Of a DNA stretch of 64,000 nt, positions 1-8,282 are shown piece after piece. This stretch comes from a virus, in the IMG/VR virus record IMGVR_UViG_3300025732_000017; one strand, written 5' to 3'. A program made the position numbers and the translations under genes. The notes beneath the pieces were generated by a model that had not been told where the DNA came from, did not search any database, and saw only the letters and a list, made by a program, of their open reading frames with translations. Within the stretch, counting starts at the first letter, position 1, and each line of letters starts with the position of its first letter.

Positions 1-1
1 T

Positions 2-115
2 TCATTGGAGATTGAGTCTGTGACAAATCTCATCAATCAATCGCTCAAGGCCAAGATTGCATATGATGCATCACAGCTCAATCTTCTTCCAAAGAGTAAT
101 ACGCTTCCCGTATGA
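2..115 (+). CDS. gp33: Late-transcription coactivator gp33, C-terminal fragment (runs off window start)
   Basis: Manual translation SLEIESVTNLINQSLKAKIAYDASQLNLLPKSNTLPV* resembles the gp33 C-terminus. Stop overlaps the gp59 start (ATGA); T4 order 33-59-32. Confidence 0.7.
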   Translation, partial: SLEIESVTNLINQSLKAKIAYDASQLNLLPKSNTLPV

Positions 116-768
116 AAATTGTTGCTATAGAAGCATACAAGTTATTTCAGGCGATCAGACTTCACTTTGTTCGCAAGAGTTTCAACTACTTCAAGAGTGG
201 TGGAAGCGTGAAAATAACCGAGAAAGCGTTTCTTGCCCGAAGGGACAAGTTTGCTTTCTATAGATTGGCCAAGATGTATGATCGTGATACATTCATTGAT
301 TTGTCATTGTCAAATGTATTGTATAGTGTATCATATTCAAAGAACAATCAACTTGTTTTGAGAACGAACAGTTCATTGTATTCGCTGGCTCTTCTTGAGC
401 CAGAAGCAGAAGATATTTTGATTGAGTATCAAAAAAGATTTCAAGCATTGACATACAATTTCAAGCAGGACTTGAAAAAGATTTTAGATTGGGCGCATGA
501 TAATGAATGTACTGTGGATAGGATTCTTGATCCTGGTGATTCTTATCCTCCGCTCTTGACTATGGTGATGCAAGAGAATATTTCTTTGGAAACTCTTGTG
601 ATCATTAATGGTGTGATAAACTTTTTACCCATGTGGAATCGTCGCATCAAGGACGAAATCATATGGCCCGATTTTGCATTCAAATGCGAGAAGTATACTC
701 CATTTGTTTTGCAGAGAATTGATTTGGAGAGCATGAAAAAGATCATCAAAAATGAACTTTGTTCTTGA
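112..768 (+). CDS. gp59: Helicase loader gp59
   Basis: 218 aa with EAYKLFQAIRLHF, RRDKFAFYRL and ISLETLVII motifs; T4 gp59 size; lies between gp33 and gp32. Confidence 0.85.
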   Translation: MKIVAIEAYKLFQAIRLHFVRKSFNYFKSGGSVKITEKAFLARRDKFAFYRLAKMYDRDTFIDLSLSNVLYSVSYSKNNQLVLRTNSSLYSLALLEPEAEDILIEYQKRFQALTYNFKQDLKKILDWAHDNECTVDRILDPGDSYPPLLTMVMQENISLETLVIINGVINFLPMWNRRIKDEIIWPDFAFKCEKYTPFVLQRIDLESMKKIIKNELCS

Positions 769-794
769 CTTCAATTCAACGCATGATATATAAT
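765..794 (+). promoter_or_regulatory. Sigma70-type (early) promoter for gp32
   Basis: TTGACT (765-770), 18-nt spacer, TATAAT (789-794). Confidence 0.7.
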
Positions 795-827
795 AGTGAT
801 TATTATGAATCATGTGAACAAGCTGAT

Positions 828-862
828 ATACAAAACATACAACGCATACGAAAGGAAATACA
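828..862 (+). promoter_or_regulatory. gp32 leader: ATAC repeats plus Shine-Dalgarno; candidate autogenous translational operator
   Basis: ATAC at 828, 837, 846 and 858; A/C-rich; AAGGA RBS upstream of ATG 863. Confidence 0.45.
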
Positions 863-1741
863 ATGTCTACATTTGCAGCACTAAAGAAGTCCAGCGGTTC
901 GATTGACAAGCTGGCACGCGAGTTAGAGAAACTCAACGCTCCCGCAACAAATTCTTCTGAAGATACACGTTTTTGGAAGCCAGAACTTGATAAGGCTGGT
1001 AACGGCTTTGCGACCATTCGCTTTCTTCCTGCGCCAGCAGTTGATGGTGATGATGCGCTTCCTTGGGTTCGTATCTTTGATCATGGCTTCCAGGGTCCTG
1101 GCGGCTGGTACATTGAGAATTCGTTGACGACTCTGGGTCAGAAAGATCCTGTGTCTGAGCATAACTCGGTTCTTTGGAATTCTGGTATTGAGGCTAACAA
1201 GGAGATTGCTCGCAAGCAGAAGCGTCGCTTGAAGTATATCGCCAACATTCTTGTCATTAGCGATACGAAGAATCCAGACAACGAGGGCAAGGTATTCTTG
1301 TTCAAGTTTGGCAAGAAGATCTTTGACAAGATCACCGAAGCAATGAATCCTCAGTTTGATGACGAGAAGGCAACCAATCCTTTTGATTTCTGGGCTGGTG
1401 CAAACTTCAAGTTGAAGGTTCGTAAGTTTGAAGGTTATCCAAATTACGATAAGTCCGAGTTTGAGAAGTCTTCAGCACTTTATGATGGTGATGATGCGAA
1501 ACTTGAGAAACTTTGGAAGATGGAATATTCACTCAAGGAATTCCTTGATCCGAAGAACTTCAAGAGTTATGACGAACTCAAGACCAAGTTGAATCGTGTT
1601 CTTGGTCTTGATGGTGCAGCGCCTGCACCAAAGACAAAGGCTTCAGATGAAAAGTCATCTTCAAAGGAGACTCCGCCTTGGAGTGGAGATGATGACGACG
1701 ATGATATGAAGTTGTTTGAGAAGTTGGCTCGGGAAGACTGA
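863..1741 (+). CDS. gp32: Single-stranded DNA-binding protein gp32
   Basis: DTRFWKP..DKAGNG.A.IRFLP, HGFQGPGGWYIENSLTT, FKFGKKIFDKI, NYDKSEF motifs and an acidic C-terminal tail. Confidence 0.97.
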   Translation: MSTFAALKKSSGSIDKLARELEKLNAPATNSSEDTRFWKPELDKAGNGFATIRFLPAPAVDGDDALPWVRIFDHGFQGPGGWYIENSLTTLGQKDPVSEHNSVLWNSGIEANKEIARKQKRRLKYIANILVISDTKNPDNEGKVFLFKFGKKIFDKITEAMNPQFDDEKATNPFDFWAGANFKLKVRKFEGYPNYDKSEFEKSSALYDGDDAKLEKLWKMEYSLKEFLDPKNFKSYDELKTKLNRVLGLDGAAPAPKTKASDEKSSSKETPPWSGDDDDDDMKLFEKLARED

Positions 1742-1751
1742 GTCAATATGG

Positions 1752-1781
1752 AAGAGGGGAGCAAAAACTCCCCTCTTTTTT
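1752..1781 (+). terminator. Rho-independent terminator after gp32
   Basis: Stem AAGAGGGGAG / CTCCCCTCTT, loop CAAAAA, then a T run; lies between convergent genes. Confidence 0.9.
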
Positions 1782-3735
1782 ATGACAGCGCACCAGCTGC
1801 TATCATGTTTTGCATTCTAACAAGAGAACTTTCTTCATTTCTAATACTTGCAACGGGTCCTTGTTGAGCACCAGCACCAATCGAAGGTGCATTATTTGTT
1901 GTGTTGTTTATTATTGTTGGTGCACCGCCGGCTTGAGTTTCGTCTCTTGCGCCCGCTAATTGTGCTTCCATCGCACCAAGAACTGGACCTGTCTGACGAG
2001 ATTGCGGTACTGGTAGACCACTAGGTGGCATTTTATTAAGATCAAAATCCGGTGGTAAGTTCTGCATGTGTTGTGGTCTATATGGACCAGATCCTGTTGA
2101 AGGTTGAATCGATCCATCAGAAGATGTGTTTGGTTGTATTGGAACCATTTTTCCTGTATTCGGATCCATGACCGGAGAAACGGGTAATTGTGGTTGTGAT
2201 GGTAAAGTTATTTTTCCAAAATTATTTGCAGGACCAACAAACGGTTGTGATTGTGCCTGTGCTTGTTGTAAGTTATTTGTTCTTTTATTTTTAGGAACTA
2301 ATGGATCATATAATTCCGTTTCAAGACCTTCAAACTTTTTTGTATCGAGTTTTTTATTTGGATCTAATATTGCATCTGCCCTATCATTTGCTCTTTTTAC
2401 TAATCCACCTAATACTTTTCCATCGGCTGTGTGCATCGAACCTCTAACAGTTTCAGCAAGATCGCCGTAGTCGCCTGTTGTTTGACCTTTTTTTAATCCT
2501 TCAACTATCTTTGGATTTTTATTGAATATTGCAGGTCCATTAAACCCTAGGTCTTTCATCACATCTTGTACATGTGGTGGTAGTTTGTCTAGATCAATTC
2601 CTTTATTTTTCAGAGTTTTTCTTGTCAAGTCATCGAGTTTTGATCTATCACTTTGATATAATTTTTCGGCATCTTCTTTCGTTATTCCCTTGTTTACATC
2701 CAACTCTGTTCCATCAGGTAATTTTATTTTACCTGTTCTTAGTTCTTCATCTGTTAATCTGTGTCCATATCCTATATGATCACTGCCTCTTCTTCCACCA
2801 ACTCTATCTGCTCTATTTGTTGGTTCAACTGGTGGTGTGGGTTGAGATGGCTGTATTGGCTGAACGGGCTGTGGTGGAATTACTGCACTTCCGCCAGGCA
2901 CGGCTGGTTGTATAGGAATTGTGGGTTGAGCGGATTTTGGCATTTCACGAACACCTAGTCCGCCAGATAGTTCTATTGGAACTTTTGTAAAGTTAGACTT
3001 ATCAAGATAAGTTGCTCCAGTACTAGGATCGTGTTTCCAGCCCGGAGGTAGTTTTGATGGATCAATTTTTGATGTTTGATTTTCAATTATTCCAATATTC
3101 TTAGCAATTTCGGCTAGATCTTTTGCCGAATCTGATGACTTTGAGAACTTTACTGCTATTGTATTTTGAGATTCTAATTTTTCTCTTATTGCTTCTAGTT
3201 CTTGAACGGCAGGATTCATAAAATCATTTAAGCCTTCTACAAGATTCATTGCTGATGAATTTTGTGCCCCAGGAATCATTGCTGAAGTTGGTCTACCACC
3301 AGGAATAGCTGCACTCGCACCACCACCATGGCCTCCAGGAAGAAGTCTTCTCATTCCGCCAAAGAGTGTTTCTAATATTCCACCCCCGCCACCTTCTTCA
3401 ACCGCTGTTTTTATTTCCTTTAGTGTCTTTGACATTTCTGTCAAGATACCTTTTATTTCACCCAATTGTCTATCTACATTTTTAACATGTGCATTTGTTG
3501 CATTTTGTCTAAATGCTTCAACTTCTCTAGAGGTTCCTGTTGGACTTGAACTTGATGTTTTTGTCTGTCTATCTGGATATAACGGCTCAAATTCAGAGCC
3601 AAAAAGTTTTGTGTATGCACTTCTAACTTTTCTTGTTATTGCATAGTCAATTTTAGCAGCGGTACTTCCTTCTGCGAAGGGGCTTTTACCCTGAAATGAT
3701 ACTCTGCGCGTGTTTGTATTGCGTCTTCTTGCCAT
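1780..3735 (-). CDS. Baseplate hub / tape-measure-like virion protein with an internal GH24 lysozyme-fold domain
   Basis: 651 aa. IGYGH..IT.EDAE.L..DLGFNG..GKVLGGLVKR matches the phage lysozyme pattern; Pro/Gln-rich linkers; directly downstream of gp26/gp51-like genes. Confidence 0.6.
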   Translation of the reverse strand: MARRRNTNTRRVSFQGKSPFAEGSTAAKIDYAITRKVRSAYTKLFGSEFEPLYPDRQTKTSSSSPTGTSREVEAFRQNATNAHVKNVDRQLGEIKGILTEMSKTLKEIKTAVEEGGGGGILETLFGGMRRLLPGGHGGGASAAIPGGRPTSAMIPGAQNSSAMNLVEGLNDFMNPAVQELEAIREKLESQNTIAVKFSKSSDSAKDLAEIAKNIGIIENQTSKIDPSKLPPGWKHDPSTGATYLDKSNFTKVPIELSGGLGVREMPKSAQPTIPIQPAVPGGSAVIPPQPVQPIQPSQPTPPVEPTNRADRVGGRRGSDHIGYGHRLTDEELRTGKIKLPDGTELDVNKGITKEDAEKLYQSDRSKLDDLTRKTLKNKGIDLDKLPPHVQDVMKDLGFNGPAIFNKNPKIVEGLKKGQTTGDYGDLAETVRGSMHTADGKVLGGLVKRANDRADAILDPNKKLDTKKFEGLETELYDPLVPKNKRTNNLQQAQAQSQPFVGPANNFGKITLPSQPQLPVSPVMDPNTGKMVPIQPNTSSDGSIQPSTGSGPYRPQHMQNLPPDFDLNKMPPSGLPVPQSRQTGPVLGAMEAQLAGARDETQAGGAPTIINNTTNNAPSIGAGAQQGPVASIRNEESSLVRMQNMIAAGALS

Positions 3736-3767
3736 CTATTTTTCCTGCTTTATTTGTCCTTGATCAT

Positions 3768-3911
3768 TTACTTTTTTCTTGCTGCGTTTAAGTCTTTCAA
3801 TCTTTGATTTTCATTTTCAATATACTGTATCAATAATACTGTGTATATGTCTCTTTCCCAAGGTATCATATTTTCAAGTTCTGTTAAACTATACTTATGA
3901 TGCTGCATCAT
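3768..3911 (-). CDS. gp51: gp51-like baseplate hub assembly protein (47 aa from ATG; possibly expressed as a frameshift extension of gp26)
   Basis: Not in the ORF track. Manual translation MMQHHKYSLTELENMIPWERDIYTVLLIQYIENENQRLKDLNAARKK* is the typical gp51-like signature of T4-like phages. Confidence 0.8.
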   Translation of the reverse strand: MMQHHKYSLTELENMIPWERDIYTVLLIQYIENENQRLKDLNAARKK

Positions 3912-3958
3912 TGAAAAATTTGTTTGAAAATAGTTCGCTAGCGTTTCATGACCAAGGC

Positions 3959-4690
3959 TTATTCGAAAAAACTTGTTAGGCCCTCCAATGGTATCTTGTG
4001 ATCAAAACCACATTTTTCACACTTATGTTCTATGATAGACTTTACATATGGAATTGTATTAAAAAAGTTTTGAATCTTATCAAAACTTGCTTTAGGAATA
4101 CTTTCAACGTATTCTAGAATTTCTTCTTTTTTCATTTCTTTTAAGTAGTATATGTTATCTTTGTCAAAAATATAGTCAATGCTATTAATAATTGATTCCA
4201 AAGCATCTTCAACATTTCTTTTCTTATTACTTTTTAATCCTATTTCACCAAAACTTAATGTTGGATATTTCATTACAACACCTATATCCTTTGTAAAGAA
4301 TATTGTTTTTTCATGATTTGGATTTTTTTCAACTGTAGCAGTTAGAATGTCGTGTTCAAATTCCATCAAATGACCACACTCTTCATCTTCAATCATATTT
4401 TTGCATTTAAAAGATAGTGAAACTTTTTCACTAATTGATCTTGCTCTTAGATGAATGAAAAAATACTCGATGTCAAATGTTGACATTTCATCTACTTTGA
4501 AATCTTTGTCGATAATACAATTAGAAACTATTTGTTTTACCGCATCTACGATATCCTTTTCTTTACCAGACTCTAGTGCTATTAGCAAAATTTTTTGTTC
4601 TTTGACTAAAAATGGTCTAAATTTTACTTTTTTACCAGAAGAAGGTATTTCAAAATCATAAGTTGGCAAATCAATTTTGGGTAATTTCAT
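3959..4690 (-). CDS. gp26: gp26-like baseplate hub assembly protein
   Basis: LPKIDLPTYDFEIPSSGKKVKFRPFLVKEQKILL and FDIEYFFIHLRARSISE motifs, Cys pairs, ends GLTSFFE. Confidence 0.88.
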   Translation of the reverse strand: MKLPKIDLPTYDFEIPSSGKKVKFRPFLVKEQKILLIALESGKEKDIVDAVKQIVSNCIIDKDFKVDEMSTFDIEYFFIHLRARSISEKVSLSFKCKNMIEDEECGHLMEFEHDILTATVEKNPNHEKTIFFTKDIGVVMKYPTLSFGEIGLKSNKKRNVEDALESIINSIDYIFDKDNIYYLKEMKKEEILEYVESIPKASFDKIQNFFNTIPYVKSIIEHKCEKCGFDHKIPLEGLTSFFE

Positions 4691-4724
4691 ATTATAATCC
4701 TTTCATGAAATCAAAATCATGTTT

Positions 4725-5555
4725 TCATTGATTCGGTTGTTGTCCAGGAAGAGACGGATTAACCGGAAATCCTTCCAATTCCAGCAAACCCTGTTCTCTG
4801 GTTTGTGGTGGAAGAGTTTCAGCAGTTTCCGGAGTAATTGGAGGACCTTGTCTTTGTGCTTCAGATTTTCTAGGAACCTCTTGCTGTGTTGTTGCGTATA
4901 GTATGGGTTCTTCGGTTTTGCACTCGCACATGTTCGTGTATCTAAAATACTTATATGTGAACGTTACAGAAACTCTAGCAACTTCCTCACTACCCCAAGT
5001 CATTGAAACTGGACTAACTACAATAGGATATGCTTCTTCAAAATCCATCATATATGATGCTACGTCAGAGGTATCATAACAAATTATATTGATTGGTGCA
5101 ACATAATCATTTCTATATCTAAAGTTATGATACACTTGATTTTGTGGAGTGCTAGATCTTGATGGATAAGAATTTATATAATTCATCCAATTTTCAAAAG
5201 TGACTTTTTCGTCCATTCCCGTAAAAGGCGGACTGGATATACTTCTTCCGCTTATTCCCAGTCCGTCATCTCTAACTTGTAATCTTCCTGATTTATTTGA
5301 TGAACATAAAAAAGTTAAGGTGATTTCACTAAAAAAAGATTGTGTTGGATACTTTATTATTGGACCATATGTTCTATGATCAAACGTGTTAAATGATCTT
5401 CCGGGTAAATCTACAGATTCGCATCTTAGAGTTAGATCTGCTAATGTAGGACAGCACTTAGGTATGCTGGGAAAAAAAACCTTGAACCTACTTTGTCTTT
5501 GTAGACTATGATATTTGTTTATGCTTGAAATGAAAGTTTGTACTGATGAACTCAT
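4725..5555 (-). CDS. gp54: Baseplate tail-tube initiator (gp54-like, tube fold)
   Basis: LRCESVDLPGRSF, TYGP..KYP, FENWM, EAYP..V....W..EEVARVSVTFTY motifs; Pro-rich C-terminal extension. Confidence 0.7.
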   Translation of the reverse strand: MSSSVQTFISSINKYHSLQRQSRFKVFFPSIPKCCPTLADLTLRCESVDLPGRSFNTFDHRTYGPIIKYPTQSFFSEITLTFLCSSNKSGRLQVRDDGLGISGRSISSPPFTGMDEKVTFENWMNYINSYPSRSSTPQNQVYHNFRYRNDYVAPINIICYDTSDVASYMMDFEEAYPIVVSPVSMTWGSEEVARVSVTFTYKYFRYTNMCECKTEEPILYATTQQEVPRKSEAQRQGPPITPETAETLPPQTREQGLLELEGFPVNPSLPGQQPNQ

Positions 5556-6133
5556 TGATATTTCTTTCTAGAATCTGAAAAGACTTTTTGTTTTCTTGCG
5601 CCTATAAAACTTTCAACTGGCAAGAATATTGCAATATCCCATTCATTTGCATTTATACGCAAGAATTGTGATCTTATGTGATGTGAAAGATATCTTTTCA
5701 AGCATGGACGAAATGCTTCTGTGCTAGATAAGCCCTTCAACATTTGATATGACGCGGCTATTCTTGTCTTATCATCATATTTGTCGTTTGTAGAAAATTC
5801 GCTCAAAGCATCAAGTAATTTTGCACGAGGAACTGGGGCCAAATAGTGTAGATTTAATCCCAAAAATCCATCCGAGTACGTTTCAATGGGTATTACAAGA
5901 GGAAATAAATCATAAAATGGTAAATTATCCTTTAGTTTGGGATTATATACAAAAAAGTACATTCCCCCTAAATCAAAGGTTGTTTGTTTGCGTTTCAAAT
6001 CACGCATGAGCGTATTTGGTCTGAGACCGGTAAGATCTCTAACTTTATTTTTGATCCATTGTCTAGCCTTGTTTGAACTTACAGCTAGATTCTGTTTCTG
6101 TAATTCTTTTTGTAGTCTATCTATTAGTGCCAT
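5552..6133 (-). CDS. gp2: DNA end protector protein gp2
   Basis: GGMYFFVYNPK.KDNLPFYDLFPLV, FLGLNLHYL, KRYL..HIRS motifs. Start reassigned to MALIDRL (ATG 6133). Confidence 0.85.
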   Translation of the reverse strand: MALIDRLQKELQKQNLAVSSNKARQWIKNKVRDLTGLRPNTLMRDLKRKQTTFDLGGMYFFVYNPKLKDNLPFYDLFPLVIPIETYSDGFLGLNLHYLAPVPRAKLLDALSEFSTNDKYDDKTRIAASYQMLKGLSSTEAFRPCLKRYLSHHIRSQFLRINANEWDIAIFLPVESFIGARKQKVFSDSRKKYQ

Positions 6134-6141
6134 GAATATAT

Positions 6142-6579
6142 TTATTTGATTCCTAGATCCTCTTCCGTAAGCACTTTGAACTGCCAATTCCGATCAAGAC
6201 AGTATTCTTCAGCCGCTTTCCACTTTGCTTCGTTTACTCCCCATGTGACAACTTCGGATATGTATTTTTGAGTAATACGCGATCTTTTCTTTGGTGGTGC
6301 TGACTCTTTTTTGGGCTTTATTTCCCAAACCATCTCGCGAACTTTACCTTCTTTATCGCGTACTTTGACATAAAAATCTGGAAAATAACGATGTACTTTT
6401 CGATCCACTGGCGAGAAATAAGGTATCACGATTTCTTCAGAAGACCATTGCATCACGGACGGGTTTACGTCAAGAAAGACCATGACACGACGTTCCCAAA
6501 GACTACGATATATTATCCGTGTAGGGTCCCCGCGATATTTACTACTATTTGTTGGAATGAAACGGCCTTTGTACGACAT
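6142..6579 (-). CDS. gp4: Head completion nuclease gp4
   Basis: SYKGRF.P.N..KYRGDPT.IIYRSLWE, WSSEE..IPY, HRYFPDF, EIKP, NEAKW.AA motifs. Start reassigned to ATG 6579. Confidence 0.9.
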   Translation of the reverse strand: MSYKGRFIPTNSSKYRGDPTRIIYRSLWERRVMVFLDVNPSVMQWSSEEIVIPYFSPVDRKVHRYFPDFYVKVRDKEGKVREMVWEIKPKKESAPPKKRSRITQKYISEVVTWGVNEAKWKAAEEYCLDRNWQFKVLTEEDLGIK

Positions 6580-6613
6580 GATAAATATATGGAAAGAGTA
6601 TAGGATATTTAGA
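6580..6613. promoter_or_regulatory. Divergent late-promoter pair
   Basis: GATAAATA on + (6580-6587) and TCTAAATA on - (6606-6613) in the 33-bp gap between gp4 and gp48. Confidence 0.6.
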
Positions 6614-7659
6614 TGGCAGAGCCCAATAGATTTAGTATAAGAGAAGATGATAGAGATATTGCAGGTGGTCATCAATCTCAAGGTGCTGGACCTCTAGCAA
6701 CTCTTCCTGAAAACAAATTTAAGTTTTCGGCGTATAATTATCCGATTGATATGGAAAATCTATCTCATTGCATGTTGTTCAATATCAACGTTCATACAAA
6801 ATCAAAGGATTTAGAAACAGGCCGTGAACAAGAACTCGGTGAAGTAGAGACTGCCGATGGGGCAAAAGGTCCAATAGTTAGAAGACAGGATAGATTAACA
6901 GCTCGTCAATTAGGATTGACAAGAAGATATAAGAGAGTAAAACGAGCAATTTCATTATATGTACCAGATAGTGTTGTATTTGATAATAGACAGCAATATG
7001 AGCAGGCAAGTCTTATTGATAAGTTAGGAATTAGTGGAACTCTTGCGGCTTCTGCAGCCTCAAAGATACAATCACAATCTGGAGATTTGGGACTTGGCGC
7101 TGCTGCTGCTGGAGGAACTGCAGCTGCGGTGTTGGGTTCAATTGCAGCAGGCGGAACAGCAATGACACTACTCGCTGGAGCGGCAATGTTAAATAGAATT
7201 GATAGAACTTTCGTTACGCCTGCGATAAAAACTGGTTTGCAGCTAATGGGTTATGCTATAAATCCTGTAATTGAAGTATTATATACAGCCCCTCAACTAA
7301 GAAAATTTAATTTTGATTTTGTTTTTGCGCCAAGAAGTCGTCAAGAAGCCGATATGGTTTGGCAAATAATTTACGAATTTAGAAGACATTCAGCACCAGA
7401 ACTGCTTTTAAACGGAGTACTATTTCTTCCGCCTTCAGAATTTGAAATTACTTTTTTAAGAAAAACTACTGGTGGATTTGTTGAAAACACAAATATTCCT
7501 CGAATGACAACTTGTGTTTTAGAAGATGTGCAAGTTGATTATGCATCTTCGGGTTCATTTGTAACGTTTGAAGATGGTATGCCTGTGCAAATACGAATGA
7601 GACTAAGTTTTGTAGAACTCAATCTCATAACCAGAGAAGCAATAGACAAGGGTTACTAA
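6613..7659 (+). CDS. gp48: Baseplate tail-tube cap gp48
   Basis: ISLYVP, INP..EVLY..PQLRKFNF.F.FAPRS..EA, TCVLEDVQVDY, DGMPV..RL.F.E motifs. Confidence 0.85.
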   Translation: MAEPNRFSIREDDRDIAGGHQSQGAGPLATLPENKFKFSAYNYPIDMENLSHCMLFNINVHTKSKDLETGREQELGEVETADGAKGPIVRRQDRLTARQLGLTRRYKRVKRAISLYVPDSVVFDNRQQYEQASLIDKLGISGTLAASAASKIQSQSGDLGLGAAAAGGTAAAVLGSIAAGGTAMTLLAGAAMLNRIDRTFVTPAIKTGLQLMGYAINPVIEVLYTAPQLRKFNFDFVFAPRSRQEADMVWQIIYEFRRHSAPELLLNGVLFLPPSEFEITFLRKTTGGFVENTNIPRMTTCVLEDVQVDYASSGSFVTFEDGMPVQIRMRLSFVELNLITREAIDKGY

Positions 7660-8282
7660 TGGCATATTTTGAAAATTTTCCCCTAACAGGATATGATCTT
7701 GTAGATTCAAGTTTTAAAAATGTCAAGATCGTTACGGACATATTTTTAAGAACGAGAATTCTTGAAAGTATTCAAAATCAAACTTTTATATTCTACAAAT
7801 ATACTGTTACAGATAACGATACGCCAGAATCCTTAGCATTCAATTATTATGACAATCCAAACCGTCATTGGATAATATTATTAGCAAACAATATAGTTGA
7901 TCCATTTTACGATTGGCCTTTAAAATATGAAAATTTCGTGGATTATGTTGAGTCAAAATACGGTTCAATTTCAACCGCAAAAACGACAACACATCATTAT
8001 GAAAAGATAATTACAAAAACAGATTCGGTTACAAGCACAGTGACTATAGACAAGTATAAATTAGATTATAATACATATGCTAATTTGGCATCAACAAATA
8101 CTGAAACGGTAAATTTGAAAGATGGAAATGCAGTTACAATAGTAACTACAAAAAATGCTGTTTCATATTATGATTACGAAGAGGAAGCAAACGAGGCTAA
8201 AAGAAATATAAAGATATTAGATAAAATCTATGTTCCTCAATTAGAGGATGAATTGTTGAAGTTGCTTTCAAATAATGTTTGA
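7659..8282 (+). CDS. gp53: Baseplate wedge subunit gp53
   Basis: YFENFP, DTPESLA..YY.NP..HWIILLAN..VDPFYDWP, YDYE...NEAKR.I motifs. Confidence 0.9.
   Translation: MAYFENFPLTGYDLVDSSFKNVKIVTDIFLRTRILESIQNQTFIFYKYTVTDNDTPESLAFNYYDNPNRHWIILLANNIVDPFYDWPLKYENFVDYVESKYGSISTAKTTTHHYEKIITKTDSVTSTVTIDKYKLDYNTYANLASTNTETVNLKDGNAVTIVTTKNAVSYYDYEEEANEAKRNIKILDKIYVPQLEDELLKLLSNNV

Noticed and set aside
5472-5479. T8 slippery run near the start of gp54-like
   Set aside because: The -1 frame stops within about 10 codons with no meaningful product. It shows that such runs arise by chance here.
5552-6681. Long N-terminal extensions of gp2 (to 6187) and gp4 (to 6681) in the ORF track
   Set aside because: They overlap neighbouring genes; conserved sequence starts at ATG 6133 and ATG 6579.
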